Below, piece after piece: positions 40,001 through 50,619 of a stretch of 64,000 nucleotides of DNA. The stretch is from a virus (taxonomy: Duplodnaviria > Caudoviricetes): positions 160,001 through 224,000 of IMG/VR virus record IMGVR_UViG_3300035208_004923; one strand, written 5' to 3'. Under the pieces are notes generated by a model. The model searched no databases and had not been told where the DNA came from. It saw nothing but the letters and a program-made list of their open reading frames with translations. The translations under genes and the position numbers were made by a program. How positions within the stretch are numbered: position 1 is the stretch's first letter; each line of letters begins with the position of its first letter.

Positions 40001-43000
40001 AAAACTGCGAATTAACATCTGTTACATGAAATATGCCAGGTGTGTATGTATTAAATAAACAGTCAGCAGGTTCTGCTGATAATAATTGTGGACTATTTAA
40101 AACAGGTTCAGCTGATTCGTATGGATAATTAACAGAATCGTATGCATATTCAGTAGAAATAATTTCCCATGTATTATCAATAAAACCTTCTAACGTTGGT
40201 TTGTTGTTACTGTCTGCTGCTGTTATTTTGTAAAATTCATTTAATTCTAATTCAAGTGTTTCATTGAAATTTACATTTAATTCATCAAAGTATTTTAGTA
40301 ATTCTGCAGTTGGCGTATACGCATATTGCGATTGGTAAAAATCAAAATCAAAATCTTGAACAGGAAAAAATGATAAAATTGAAAATGATGGTTTGAAAAC
40401 TTTGAATGCAGAAATTCGTAAATCGTTACTTGTATAGAATTCCATTGTTTCATCTTCTATTTCTATGATTTTATATGTATCAATATTTGCAAAACCCGAA
40501 AGTTTATTATCTACGTATAACGGTTCATCTAAATATGGCAATGCAATTAATTTATTACCATTAACGTCATATTCGCGTACAATTGAATACTTGTTACTTT
40601 GTGTTTGGAACCAATCTTCGTTTGTTACATTACTTGCAGTTGTAAAATCAATGCATGCTCTATTTCGTTTTCGCGTATTTCCACCTATGAAATTTGTTTT
40701 AACTTCATATGACATTGGTGAACCAATTGATGAAACGTTAGCAGGTAAGTCATAAAATTTCAAATTATCTTTATCACTTTCATCAGTTAATAAACGCGTG
40801 AAAGTATATGCATTGGCACCTGAGAATTTTTCTTTTGTGATAATGAAAACTTTATTATCAATTGCAACTGCATGCACAGGAATATTTTGAAATTGATTTA
40901 TGCAACCAGCAACTGCTATTGCAACATTGTTAGGATGTCCTTTAGGATTAAACGTATTAATAAATTCAAATACATCATTATTGTATAATGGGTAATCCCA
41001 CCAATCACCTTCTTGTAATCCAGTTTCATTAGCAATCATTGTCCATTTATGAAATTCACCATTTCTCTCCCACGCAATCGTTAGTTTTTCATTTGGGTTG
41101 AATACATATTTACTGTCTAATGAATCATATAAGTACAAAATACATTGTCCAAACGATTCATCCTTTAAAGTTGCAGGTAATTGGGCGCTTAAAGTTTCAA
41201 TACCGCATAATGATCCTGTGTTATATGTCTTATCATATAATTTAAAGTTTCTATATGTGACTGTTTCATTATCAATCGTTACATTTTCATCTGTTGCTGA
41301 ATGCACACGATTGAATACGCATTCTCTATTTTTAATTACAATGCATTTATTCTTATCTTCTAATTGTGTAGATGTCGGTAGCATATCTTCAATAATAACA
41401 GGTATACTTATTCCATCATCATTGGTTTGATTAAGTGCAGTTATTGAATAAGGTTGCAAATCAATATTTTTTCTAACAACTGGAATTTGATTTAATTCAT
41501 TTGCTAATATTGCGCTATTCACATTAAATTTTTTCAATTCTATATCGTTAACATAGAAACCAAAATATCTATTTATTGAATATTCATCTGCTTCATTATC
41601 GTCAAATAAGAATTCTAAATTTATTAAATTTTGTGAAATTATCGAATTTCTTTTAAATCCTTTTGTTATGTAATCGTCTAATTCTTTAATAGGTCTATCT
41701 GTTGTGAATACATCATATAAGTATTCGCCTTTTCCTGCAATTTGTCCATCTTCATACGAAACACCTGTCCATGTTGATAAAGTATCTTCATCAAATGATA
41801 CATATAATGGCGTTTGCGTAAAACTTGTATGATTTACAATATTTCTCAAATATGTGCCAATCTTTGTTCCTTGTCTTAAATCGAATGTTTTAACAATTTT
41901 AGCATTCGATAAAAATTCAGTTAATAAAGCTTCATTAGATAATCCTTTGTATGCCGCAATTGAAATTGGATGGTCAACTCTAAAAATAACAAAATTATCA
42001 GGTATGATTTTATTCAACCATATAGGTGCGAAGAAACTAAATTCTTCATCATATAAATTACTGTTTAATTGTGATACGCCATACGCATAAAAATTATCAT
42101 ATTGTAAATGATATTGATTCTTTGTGCTGTTATACAATGAATCATATTCTTTAATGTCAAAAATTACTTCAGACGGTACAGAACCATTATCTAGAAATCT
42201 GTATAAATCTGCTGCATAACTGGAATTTGGACTAAGTTTAAATTTCTTGAATCTTATGTCAGCAAGTGTTGGATTTGCATCAAATGAATTTAGCCAAATG
42301 TCATTATTGCTATCTGCTGTTATTTTTATATTACCTGAAATAAGAGGATTAGTTCGAATTAAAGAAGCTGACGCTTTGTCTGCATATAAAGCATTATCAT
42401 TAATAGGTAATTCATTTATGTTAGATCTTGATGCATTTTTATTCAATTTATATCCTGCAATGTCAAGTTCAACAAAATCAATTTTATAAACTGCATCCCA
42501 TATATTCTCGTCTAAATTTATATTTGAAATAACTTCATTAACTCCTTTGATTCCATTTTTCATATTAATCGCTGGATAATCTGATGCAATTTCTGTGTAT
42601 GTAGGCAAAAGTGTATCTAATGAAGGTATCTGTCCAGTGTATCTGAATTCGTATCCATCAACTCCATTATAAACAGGCTTATATGCACTAACAAGAATAA
42701 TAAATTTTGTTAGTTCGTCAGTTGTCCCATCATAATCAATTCTATATGCAAATTGTCCGCCTTTTCTTACTTTTTGCCACAATTCAGGTTTAGGCGCAAG
42801 GAATGTATCGAATGACGGGTTGCTACTAGGACTGCCTACATTATATTCATCATTTGTTCCATAAACATTTAATGCTTTATACGTTACGTAATTGTTTTGT
42901 ACGTAATTGCACGATTCATTTAATTCGATTCCGTTAATTTTAAATGAACTAGTGCTATTATTTTGTTTCACAGGAACAAGTGTTACATAATACTCTATTA

Positions 43001-43109
43001 AATTATCAGTCCATGCGTCTGTGAAATGTATACGTAGAAATCTTGTAGTTTTTCCGCTAAATATTAAATCATTAGGAAAATTTACATTATACCAAAAAGG
43101 GTTGCTCAT
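37062..43109 (-). CDS. Very large putative baseplate/tail structural protein
   Basis: 2015 aa, N/Y/F/D-rich, preceded by a GAATATATAA motif in the structural block. Confidence 0.6.
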   Translation of the reverse strand: MSNPFWYNVNFPNDLIFSGKTTRFLRIHFTDAWTDNLIEYYVTLVPVKQNNSTSSFKINGIELNESCNYVQNNYVTYKALNVYGTNDEYNVGSPSSNPSFDTFLAPKPELWQKVRKGGQFAYRIDYDGTTDELTKFIILVSAYKPVYNGVDGYEFRYTGQIPSLDTLLPTYTEIASDYPAINMKNGIKGVNEVISNINLDENIWDAVYKIDFVELDIAGYKLNKNASRSNINELPINDNALYADKASASLIRTNPLISGNIKITADSNNDIWLNSFDANPTLADIRFKKFKLSPNSSYAADLYRFLDNGSVPSEVIFDIKEYDSLYNSTKNQYHLQYDNFYAYGVSQLNSNLYDEEFSFFAPIWLNKIIPDNFVIFRVDHPISIAAYKGLSNEALLTEFLSNAKIVKTFDLRQGTKIGTYLRNIVNHTSFTQTPLYVSFDEDTLSTWTGVSYEDGQIAGKGEYLYDVFTTDRPIKELDDYITKGFKRNSIISQNLINLEFLFDDNEADEYSINRYFGFYVNDIELKKFNVNSAILANELNQIPVVRKNIDLQPYSITALNQTNDDGISIPVIIEDMLPTSTQLEDKNKCIVIKNRECVFNRVHSATDENVTIDNETVTYRNFKLYDKTYNTGSLCGIETLSAQLPATLKDESFGQCILYLYDSLDSKYVFNPNEKLTIAWERNGEFHKWTMIANETGLQEGDWWDYPLYNNDVFEFINTFNPKGHPNNVAIAVAGCINQFQNIPVHAVAIDNKVFIITKEKFSGANAYTFTRLLTDESDKDNLKFYDLPANVSSIGSPMSYEVKTNFIGGNTRKRNRACIDFTTASNVTNEDWFQTQSNKYSIVREYDVNGNKLIALPYLDEPLYVDNKLSGFANIDTYKIIEIEDETMEFYTSNDLRISAFKVFKPSFSILSFFPVQDFDFDFYQSQYAYTPTAELLKYFDELNVNFNETLELELNEFYKITAADSNNKPTLEGFIDNTWEIISTEYAYDSVNYPYESAEPVLNSPQLLSAEPADCLFNTYTPGIFHVTDVNSQFYRRYIRGKKYEKIRIRNNSSTQVLTFEKFLYMNKNVINVNSGLENISVISTEHIDRDMQTFKGFAGLRDLLSLADESVVSGLIAAEDFSRFVYDMLISEYDRLKENYLTEWATASMVVPYINKWVSDGSDIRDNKYRFNLSSAFGATNFSPSFDVVKDPSMYTHEWLYLDEHPSQFPIDFVQNARSYMFESLSDVPNFTNNTRTWKELLSDTSTDYFVKYFSVGYPVENYNDNNVSKIKSERFTFTKMIDGINEIQTMFHGANIKIDEIDEFGNIVANSTKYEDYKFTAILTKRTVDVFSLNKLYDIEIIDNQVFKNITIVVTVFLQDHKLDKLTYAALYSINNAFKSDSIKVYTDINSREWKDLWNTEYDMQKNMNMHKFGVIVDYKDIQLQTDVEQLFTTKKNNRKLNYSLNDEYGIDFQEYRPFNAGSLQTAYNVGNFDNDGVNLPISKIISFEGFANLYYDYAGPSVINYKPSATTAGSIVYHYRKTLSYPNNPSVMYMYDMLLGSDMYNATNSSINISDKQDPAAVNTYTPVAFNDYYNMYFDNNAIQYSLTTNSTYYETHQGGGNRNIYYLNSGENYNSKISDILSFKNIADKIQTKHNVVKFVSVDSKGSYNNKFALSFIEYNKIIKTKIQEVTKDTDKPTQLKSIDTIGYAIASTDSTEVLYRYTGHFAPKMRNVIEYNLNEKLEFSNYFKKDFTLCNTSIGSSIENNAVILNHSYNKVNDKEILLLSNDSSYESKYPLIDEIAIDKKDTCIVASSWDSKYYVNNTTVNEKILVDGMADVVEIKSFFGSKTMNVPKGFNFFSFNSSEYSIKEINSIGANVSALKSVGSISSIDNGQNRIDITFNLEKRLLREMIDNYAIKELDWISANVDNSLVSNMSQAEKELYMSNYITANILNLYTYTNVVVYAKKAIKANSNQINLDTTESMLLNTGYSNYKNVKITKTSELQMTISIFVDTKDYLTYSVGIDVNRI

Positions 43110-43136
43110 ACTTTATTGTTTATTTATATATTCATA

Positions 43137-43170
43137 AAAAAAGGGAAGTACTTTTTTGTACTTCCCTTTT
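43137..43170 (-). terminator. Intrinsic terminator
   Basis: AAAAGGGAAGTAC-TTTTTT-GTACTTCCCTTTT. Confidence 0.8.
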
Positions 43171-43186
43171 CAATCAATATGTTATG

Positions 43187-46100
43187 TTATAGTTTCTTCA
43201 ATGAACTTTTATTAATGTTTTGAGAAGACGATTGTATTGATGTTGTTGCAGTAGTACTTACCTTTTCTGTTACTGTTGTTTTTGCGTATTTAGCAGTTAC
43301 ATCAACATCAAATGAAAATGCTGTTTCATTTAACATATAGATATCTAATCCGATTCGTTTTTCATATGTTAAGTTTATATTTGAATCCGAATTTATGTCA
43401 GCAGACCAACCGCCAACAAATCCTTTATCCATTTCATCATGAAAATCTGTCATTCTGTATTGGAAATAAATTGGTATTTGAATAGTTGAACTATCATTTG
43501 CTTTTACAATTTTCTTTGCTCTAAAATCGGTTCCATCGACTAATAATTGGTCGAATGTTGCAGGCCCAACGAATAAATACGCGCCACATGTTTGTCTTCC
43601 TATCAAATATCTGTCATGCGGATAAAAACCTAATTTATCAGGATAACCGTATGCATGTGGAAATTCACCGCCTTGCGTATAACTTTCTGTACTCATCATG
43701 AATGTTAATTGTTTTGTACCGTTGTCTTTTGATGCGTCAACATTAAAATTGTAAGCATGTTTAAATGCAGATGCGCGTAACGGTCCTGACCAATTTCCTG
43801 TTGTCCAATCATAACCAATTTGTGGCGTCATGTAACTTCCGTTAAAAGATAATGTAGATGATGTATTCCACTCGCTTGGTGTTGATTTTTGCAATATAGG
43901 ACATTTGGTATGAATACAAAATTCTGTTAATTTACCACCACCCGTAGGTGTTGTTGTGATATCTTTTGTAGTATCCCAAATCCACGATTTTGCTGTTCCT
44001 GTTGCTTGTGTAGGAATTAATGCTCTATCTGCAGTTGTTGTAGGCTCTATGTACAAATCATTTATTAAACCTATGTCTTTATAACGTAAATACATGAATT
44101 GTGATTTCAATTGGCCAGAAGATAATACAGCACTTCTAATATTACTGTTACTACTGTTAGGATTACATTCATCAGGACTTAATGACATGTTACAAATTGG
44201 AACCATATCATATTTACGTTTTACAAAATAATCATATACATCAGGTGATGATGTATTATAAGAAGGAGTTGCAACACGCGTACTTTCTAATTTTTCACCT
44301 AGGCCACCTGGGAATCTAGAAATTAATTCTAAATTTGTTCCACCTGTGTTTGATAATTGAATAACATATTTTTTTGTAATGATTGCACCCTTTTGTTCAG
44401 ATGCAGCCAATTTTGCAATTTCATCAACGTAATAGCCTGCAAATAATTTAATGCTTGAACCATTTGATAAGCTAACAGCATTACCAGTTTCATCAATAAT
44501 TTTTACATCAAGTGTTGGACCTATATTATTTAATTGGTCTTGCAATTGTTTTATAAGTAAATCTTGCGATTTCAATTTTTCGTATAGACTAATTATCATG
44601 CCAGCAGTATCAAAGAAACCTGAATTAATGGTATCTGCGTGATGTGGCCAATATTGATTTCCTGTTTGTGTTGCTGATGATAAATGCAAATCTAAACCTT
44701 GAGCATTTAATGTTTCTTGAAATTTAACACGTGTTTCTTCAGCAGCAGCATTTGATAATGCAACTTGTGCTTCATCATTTTTCAATAATTCAATTGGAAA
44801 ATCTTCTGTTAAAACATTTGACCACCCAGAAAGTATTGGATTTAATGGCCAACCTGCTTCAGATATTGCACGAACTTTTATTTCAACTTTTTCACCCTTT
44901 GTGATAGGTATATCTATTTGGTTTATATTTTCAACTTCAGGGTCTTCAATATTTTCTGCTTTCCATTTATAATTGCCATCAACAGGATCATAGTATTTTT
45001 TTCTAACTGGTGATTTGACAAAATTCCATGGTGAGAAAGTTCCACGTTTCACTTGGTTATTTGCACTTGTAAATGAAAATTGCTGTGCTTGTGAAGGCGT
45101 GCCATCTAATTTTAAATATCTGTATGCATATTCAAATTGTATAATGTTTTGTTCTCCAGTATCAGTATTATGTACAGCACTTGGAATATCAAAGAATCCT
45201 CTTATTCGATATTTAGGTTTATCTAATGTTGCAGGATCATCTTTTGTGATTGATGTTAACTCTGCAATTGTTGATGCGTATAATGCTGATTTTGATGTCT
45301 TATCTCTAATTGCAGCATCAAGTGAGTTTTTTACCGCACGTCTTTCAGCTTCTGTTTTAAATTTAGTATTACCTAGAACTTGTTTTTTATCAGATATTGA
45401 TTTTTCAAGTTGTGCAATTTCAGATGCTAATTTAACTTTATCTGCACCTTTTTTACGAATATCATCAAGTTCTTTTGTACTAAATATATGCGAATTTACT
45501 TGAACTACTTGAAAATTACCAGCAGTTAATGTAGGTGTGTTTGGCACTTCTCCATATACAGCAGGTATTGGATTTTCTTTTGCTGCTCCGATAATTACTT
45601 TACCAAAATCAGTTACATTTTTTTGATAATATTCATATAATGTTTGTTCGCCTGATGTTGTAATAATTTTCAAATCATTAGTAAAAAAAGCAGTTCCTTT
45701 TGACCATTCTGTTGAAAGTAAATAATTTTCATCATCAATAGATTTGAAGAACACAACTTGTCTTTCACCATAACCCACAGGTATATCTGCTTGTTTTGCT
45801 GCTTGCGCATCAGAATATAATGCTAAAATATCTGCTCCAATTGAAATAGGATCATATCCATTTACGTTTTTTAATGTAACAGAATTTGTTGAAACATCAA
45901 CTGATGTTATTTCATATATTGAGTTTTTAACTATAAATTGATTGCCTGTTGCTAACGTTAGATTATTACTAATAGTTGATAAGTTATCAGAATACATCAA
46001 TGTATTTAGATAATATTTTCTATCAGTTGATACAACACCTGTAGATGAAGTTATGTTAACATCTTTAATGTTTATAACATCAAAAGAACCATGATATCTT

Positions 46101-46726
46101 AAAATAGATAAAGGTAATTCTCTTATGTCTTCATCATCAACATATGTAATGCCATTTTTTGTTGCCCAAGAAATTAATTCATCAAGAACAATATCATTTC
46201 TTCCTTTTACATTTTCATTAAACAATGTAATTTTTGCATCAGAATCAGGCGTTAATATAATTCTTTTTGATTGAATTCTTTTTGCATTTTGTGGCACATA
46301 CTTTGAAATATCAACACTTATATAAAGTAATGGGTTCAAGAAATTTTCAAAAAACCAATTAGGTTTTATTCTAAAATATAATGGTGTGTCTACTTGCGTA
46401 ATTTTTGCAGGTTCTTTTGATACTTTTGCTTGATAAATTCTACTCCATGTGCCATCAGAATTTCTAACGATACTTTGTCCGGTATCATTTAATCCAAGCA
46501 TAGTTTGTAATGTATTATCAATTCTATCCATATATGACTTCATGAATTTGTATGAAGGCATATTGTAAAGTATCTTATTACCATTTACGTCACTTAATTC
46601 AAAAGAAATAGATTCAGAGTCTGTTGTAACTGATTCACTAACTTTTTGCATTATCAGAAATGCGTTATTTTGCAAAACGATAAAATTTTGTATAAGTTCT
46701 GAAAATGAATTTTGAGATGTATTCAT
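43187..46726 (-). CDS. Putative virion structural protein with coiled-coil and FN3-like segments
   Basis: 1179 aa; VEIKVRAISEAGW...SGWS resembles the end of an FN3 domain. Confidence 0.6.
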   Translation of the reverse strand: MNTSQNSFSELIQNFIVLQNNAFLIMQKVSESVTTDSESISFELSDVNGNKILYNMPSYKFMKSYMDRIDNTLQTMLGLNDTGQSIVRNSDGTWSRIYQAKVSKEPAKITQVDTPLYFRIKPNWFFENFLNPLLYISVDISKYVPQNAKRIQSKRIILTPDSDAKITLFNENVKGRNDIVLDELISWATKNGITYVDDEDIRELPLSILRYHGSFDVINIKDVNITSSTGVVSTDRKYYLNTLMYSDNLSTISNNLTLATGNQFIVKNSIYEITSVDVSTNSVTLKNVNGYDPISIGADILALYSDAQAAKQADIPVGYGERQVVFFKSIDDENYLLSTEWSKGTAFFTNDLKIITTSGEQTLYEYYQKNVTDFGKVIIGAAKENPIPAVYGEVPNTPTLTAGNFQVVQVNSHIFSTKELDDIRKKGADKVKLASEIAQLEKSISDKKQVLGNTKFKTEAERRAVKNSLDAAIRDKTSKSALYASTIAELTSITKDDPATLDKPKYRIRGFFDIPSAVHNTDTGEQNIIQFEYAYRYLKLDGTPSQAQQFSFTSANNQVKRGTFSPWNFVKSPVRKKYYDPVDGNYKWKAENIEDPEVENINQIDIPITKGEKVEIKVRAISEAGWPLNPILSGWSNVLTEDFPIELLKNDEAQVALSNAAAEETRVKFQETLNAQGLDLHLSSATQTGNQYWPHHADTINSGFFDTAGMIISLYEKLKSQDLLIKQLQDQLNNIGPTLDVKIIDETGNAVSLSNGSSIKLFAGYYVDEIAKLAASEQKGAIITKKYVIQLSNTGGTNLELISRFPGGLGEKLESTRVATPSYNTSSPDVYDYFVKRKYDMVPICNMSLSPDECNPNSSNSNIRSAVLSSGQLKSQFMYLRYKDIGLINDLYIEPTTTADRALIPTQATGTAKSWIWDTTKDITTTPTGGGKLTEFCIHTKCPILQKSTPSEWNTSSTLSFNGSYMTPQIGYDWTTGNWSGPLRASAFKHAYNFNVDASKDNGTKQLTFMMSTESYTQGGEFPHAYGYPDKLGFYPHDRYLIGRQTCGAYLFVGPATFDQLLVDGTDFRAKKIVKANDSSTIQIPIYFQYRMTDFHDEMDKGFVGGWSADINSDSNINLTYEKRIGLDIYMLNETAFSFDVDVTAKYAKTTVTEKVSTTATTSIQSSSQNINKSSLKKL

Positions 46727-46743
46727 ATATAGTTTGTTTATTT

Positions 46744-48972
46744 TTAAAATATATCAGTTACGAATTTTAAATTATCTGCATCAATACAGATAAGTTCAAT
46801 CACCGGTTTATTATTTCTTATGGTAAATTGGTCATACGTAATAATTGCTGCTTGTGTATTGTATTTATAACCAGTGTTTAATTTGTCTAATGCATCAGTA
46901 TAAATGAAAAGATTAAATGTGCCATTTTCATTATCCATATTTAAACCGTTTTCAAAACTGATTCTTAATTTTTGCCCAACTTCCCATTTATTATTTGTAT
47001 CATCAGCATACATGTAAATATCTCTATCAATTAATAATGGGGTACCATAAGTACCGTCTGATATTCTTATGTAATTATCGAATGTTACAAGAGGATGAAT
47101 GTACTTATACAATTTTGCCAACATTGTAAAATCTGTGCCTATTTGAATAACCGGTTTTGCTCCTATGTTAAATCCTTGTCTTGTATTTGCAATTGTAACG
47201 TATGAGCCTGTACTTCTATCAATGTTTATTCCTGCACCTTGTTTAATAGAATCAAGGTTATATGACATTTGAACTGAAGTATAATTTTTGTAAATGTTAG
47301 TTATTTCTTCATAGTTTTTATTCAATAAAGCAACTAAATTTTCATTATTTAGCATAACGGCTGCAGCATCGTCTAATTGTTTTTGTATAGAGTCGATTTG
47401 CGCAGATAAATCGTCGTACGTTTGTTGTCCGTAAATTAAACTTTTTATTTGGTCAAGTTCAGTTAAAACATCTTTGTATGTTGATATGTGTGCAGTTAAA
47501 AGATCATTAGAATTACGCATTTCAGATAAAGCATCTAAGTATAAATGCAATGAATATGTATTATAATCATTTATCGAAATTTCAACAGCAGGATCTTGTG
47601 CAGTTACATCATAACGTATGTTAAGTTTAAACGCATATGCATTTCCGTTTTGTTGTAAAATAGTATCAGGCTTGTATTTTGTAATTGGCTGCATATAACT
47701 GCTAACGCCAGGAACAGTATCAATGTTATCTAAAAATAATACTCCAAAAAGATTTGTTACGTAATCAGATGGATTATCTTCATTATATACATCGTAATAA
47801 ACAAGTACAGTATTGAAACTGAATGATTCTGCATAAGCTGATGCATTATATTCACCTAGATTTTTTATATCTGAACTTGTTGCAATTTTATTGTAAACAG
47901 AAGGTTGAAATTCTAATGAAATACCGTCTAATCTATTTCTAATGAATTTGATATTTTGAAATTCCTCAGTATCGTTAGGATTTTGTCCAATTGCAAATAT
48001 ATCATTTTGTGCGTTATTAAAAGTAACTGGCTCAAGGTGATATGTATCTTTGTCTGCTGTTGGAAACCACCATTTAAAATCAGGTGCTGTTGAATCAACC
48101 CATACCATTGATACTGGATTAAAGTACCAACAAGCTGCATCTGCAACATTAAAATTATCTAATGAATCATAGTGTGCATTTATTCTTAAACCCGCAGGGT
48201 GTACATCATCAACAGATCTTCCATAAATAACCCCATCATTTAATGGGTCAACTGGAAGATTTTTGAAAATCATGTCTTCCTTGTAATTATTGTCTGATAT
48301 TGCATTAAACAAAACATCACGAGTAGAACCGTGATTTGTAGGTATATGCACATATACTTCAGAATATGAATTTGCGGGGTTTTTAACAGAATTTATAACG
48401 TTAATATTGCCAATGTATTTTACAACGCGTTCGTATATAAAATTACCGTTTGCATCATATGTTTCATCTTCTTCAACATATCGTGCACCGAATGCAGTAC
48501 CATTAGATGAATTTACCGCTAATTCATTTGAATTAGCTTGTCTAAATCGTATTGCACCAATTTCTTTAAGCCATTTAAAAAATACACGTTCCGATACAGT
48601 TCGTGGGTTATCAATCGTATACGTATCTTCTGCTGTTATTAAAGTTTCTAGGTTATAGTAATAATTTTGAAAACTTTCAGCAAATGTATTATTATTTTCA
48701 ACCGAATCCATCATATCAGCATAAAATTTATATGCTGCTGCAGGTGTATCTAATTGAATGTGATTAGGTTTAGGCATTGCCGTGTTTCCAAAATCAGCAT
48801 TCGAATATCGTAATCTTTTTAGTTCAGGCAATTTCAATAAAGAAAAGTTACTGAATCTAAACTTATTTTTTGATTCGGATAATGTTAATTGCAAATCTTC
48901 AGCTGCAGATGAACATGTGTAAAACGTGCCACCTTGTGTTTTGATTGGCTTTATAAAAGGAGCAATCTTCAT
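46744..48972 (-). CDS. Putative virion structural protein
   Basis: 742 aa with a coiled-coil segment, in the structural operon. Confidence 0.6.
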   Translation of the reverse strand: MKIAPFIKPIKTQGGTFYTCSSAAEDLQLTLSESKNKFRFSNFSLLKLPELKRLRYSNADFGNTAMPKPNHIQLDTPAAAYKFYADMMDSVENNNTFAESFQNYYYNLETLITAEDTYTIDNPRTVSERVFFKWLKEIGAIRFRQANSNELAVNSSNGTAFGARYVEEDETYDANGNFIYERVVKYIGNINVINSVKNPANSYSEVYVHIPTNHGSTRDVLFNAISDNNYKEDMIFKNLPVDPLNDGVIYGRSVDDVHPAGLRINAHYDSLDNFNVADAACWYFNPVSMVWVDSTAPDFKWWFPTADKDTYHLEPVTFNNAQNDIFAIGQNPNDTEEFQNIKFIRNRLDGISLEFQPSVYNKIATSSDIKNLGEYNASAYAESFSFNTVLVYYDVYNEDNPSDYVTNLFGVLFLDNIDTVPGVSSYMQPITKYKPDTILQQNGNAYAFKLNIRYDVTAQDPAVEISINDYNTYSLHLYLDALSEMRNSNDLLTAHISTYKDVLTELDQIKSLIYGQQTYDDLSAQIDSIQKQLDDAAAVMLNNENLVALLNKNYEEITNIYKNYTSVQMSYNLDSIKQGAGINIDRSTGSYVTIANTRQGFNIGAKPVIQIGTDFTMLAKLYKYIHPLVTFDNYIRISDGTYGTPLLIDRDIYMYADDTNNKWEVGQKLRISFENGLNMDNENGTFNLFIYTDALDKLNTGYKYNTQAAIITYDQFTIRNNKPVIELICIDADNLKFVTDIF

Positions 48973-48994
48973 ATCTTACTTTTGTTTATTTTAA

Positions 48995-49720
48995 TTAAAT
49001 TGTAACTTGAGATAAATCAGTAATACCAGCAACAGATATTACTTCCCATGCATTAGTTGCACTTGCGAATTGTAAAATCAATTTCAATTTACCTAAAATT
49101 GTTGGCGTAGCACTTATTGTTGCAATTGTAGTTCCTACTGCATTTTTCAATGTTAATGCGCCACTAGCAAATGTACCTGGGACATTATGTAAAATCAAAA
49201 TTTGTCCATCAACGCCATTTTCGATTGTTGCTTGTGTTGTTGTGTTCCAAGTAATTGATGCTGTTGATGATCCTGTTGATACTAATGGCGATTCTGGTGT
49301 AGGATTAACTGATGTTCTACGAGATACTATTAAAGCATCACCAAATAATGTTTTTATTCCTACAGTTAATGCTTTATCTGCACCGCTTAAATTGACATTA
49401 CTAGAAAAATTTGTTACATCATTAATATTCACTATGCTATTAACAGTTACCGATGTAGTTTGGCCAATTGTTCCTAATGTTAAGTTACCTGCAATAACGC
49501 CAGTTCCTTCACAGTTAAAGATAACATCTGTAATTGGACGAGAATATTTTTTAATTAAAGTTGTCCCAATAGTTAATGATCCACCTGTTGTTGATGTATT
49601 TAAAAATGTTTCAATTTTATTTGCCTCGTCAGCTAAAATTTTAAAGTTTGATGCAATGTCAGGACGAGAAGATGCCATATTATCGCTACCAAGAATGTCT
49701 TTTATCACTATTTGTGCCAT
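48995..49720 (-). CDS. Putative fibre-like structural protein
   Basis: T/S/G/I-rich. The N-terminus (IKDILGSD...IASNF) resembles that of the 854 aa fibre (IQKILGNE...VNDNF). Confidence 0.6.
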   Translation of the reverse strand: MAQIVIKDILGSDNMASSRPDIASNFKILADEANKIETFLNTSTTGGSLTIGTTLIKKYSRPITDVIFNCEGTGVIAGNLTLGTIGQTTSVTVNSIVNINDVTNFSSNVNLSGADKALTVGIKTLFGDALIVSRRTSVNPTPESPLVSTGSSTASITWNTTTQATIENGVDGQILILHNVPGTFASGALTLKNAVGTTIATISATPTILGKLKLILQFASATNAWEVISVAGITDLSQVTI

Positions 49721-49770
49721 GATGTATATTATTTTTATTTTATATATTCCTTAAAATTTTTATTCTAATT

Positions 49771-50466
49771 TTAAGATTGCAAATTTGCAATTGCATGAGC
49801 AGCATTAACAAGTGCCATTACGTCAGCTTCACAATATTTTACAATATCGTTAATTCTGCCAGCGTAAAAATATGCATGCACCATTGTACCGTCCATTTCT
49901 GATTTAGGGCTAGGAACACCTAAAGAATATGCCATTTCATCAAATGTAACTGATTCGTAAGATGAACTTTTCCAAAACTCCATTAAATCTAAACATGTTA
50001 TATCCCATGGTTTTTTGTTATACGTTGAAATGTTGCCAGATGGCACAATTCCATTCATACACATTTTTTTGAACACCCAAGGAATATCGAACGATTTTAT
50101 ATTATAGCCGCATAAAGTTAAGTTAACAGAATGCACTTGGTCGAATACTTTTTTTGCTTCTTTAATCAATAAAGATTCATCTTCATTTTTTATACTGCCG
50201 AGTTTTAGTGAGCCGTCAGTATTATAATATGCGTATGATATACATACAATTCTGCCATATTCTGCAATTAATGATGCATTCTTTTGATAGCATTCATCTA
50301 CAGTTCCAGTCCATTGTAAATCGTTTGGATTTTGTTTTTGTTTACGTTTTACTTTTCCTTCGAATAAGTGTGCACCTCTTTCATCGTTTTTTGAAAAAGA
50401 ATTAAAATCAGAATATTTGCCCGCTGTTTCGATATCCCAATAAAAAAGTTTGTTTGCGTTAATCAT
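49771..50466 (-). CDS. Stand-alone DEDDy 3'-5' exonuclease (PolB-exo/DnaQ-like)
   Basis: WDIET, GYNIKSFDIP, LDLM and YCEADV motifs. Confidence 0.85.
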   Translation of the reverse strand: MINANKLFYWDIETAGKYSDFNSFSKNDERGAHLFEGKVKRKQKQNPNDLQWTGTVDECYQKNASLIAEYGRIVCISYAYYNTDGSLKLGSIKNEDESLLIKEAKKVFDQVHSVNLTLCGYNIKSFDIPWVFKKMCMNGIVPSGNISTYNKKPWDITCLDLMEFWKSSSYESVTFDEMAYSLGVPSPKSEMDGTMVHAYFYAGRINDIVKYCEADVMALVNAAHAIANLQS

Positions 50467-50505
50467 TGTTAGAAATTTAAAGATTCTTATATAGTTAGTT
50501 ATAAA

Positions 50506-50531
50506 TTATATACATAATAAAAAAATAGTTT
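50506..50531 (-). promoter_or_regulatory. Bipartite promoter upstream of the exonuclease
   Basis: AAACTA-N11-TGTATATAA. Confidence 0.6.
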
Positions 50532-50556
50532 ATTTAAAAGTTTTTCTTCAAAAATG

Positions 50557-50582
50557 AAACTATTTCTGAAATCTGAATATAA
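50557..50582 (+). promoter_or_regulatory. Bipartite promoter pointing into a non-coding repeat element
   Basis: AAACTATTTCTGAAATCTGAATATAA on the plus strand. Confidence 0.55.
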
Positions 50583-50619
50583 TAATTACTCAATTTCGGT
50601 AAGGGTAGTATAGTAGTAG

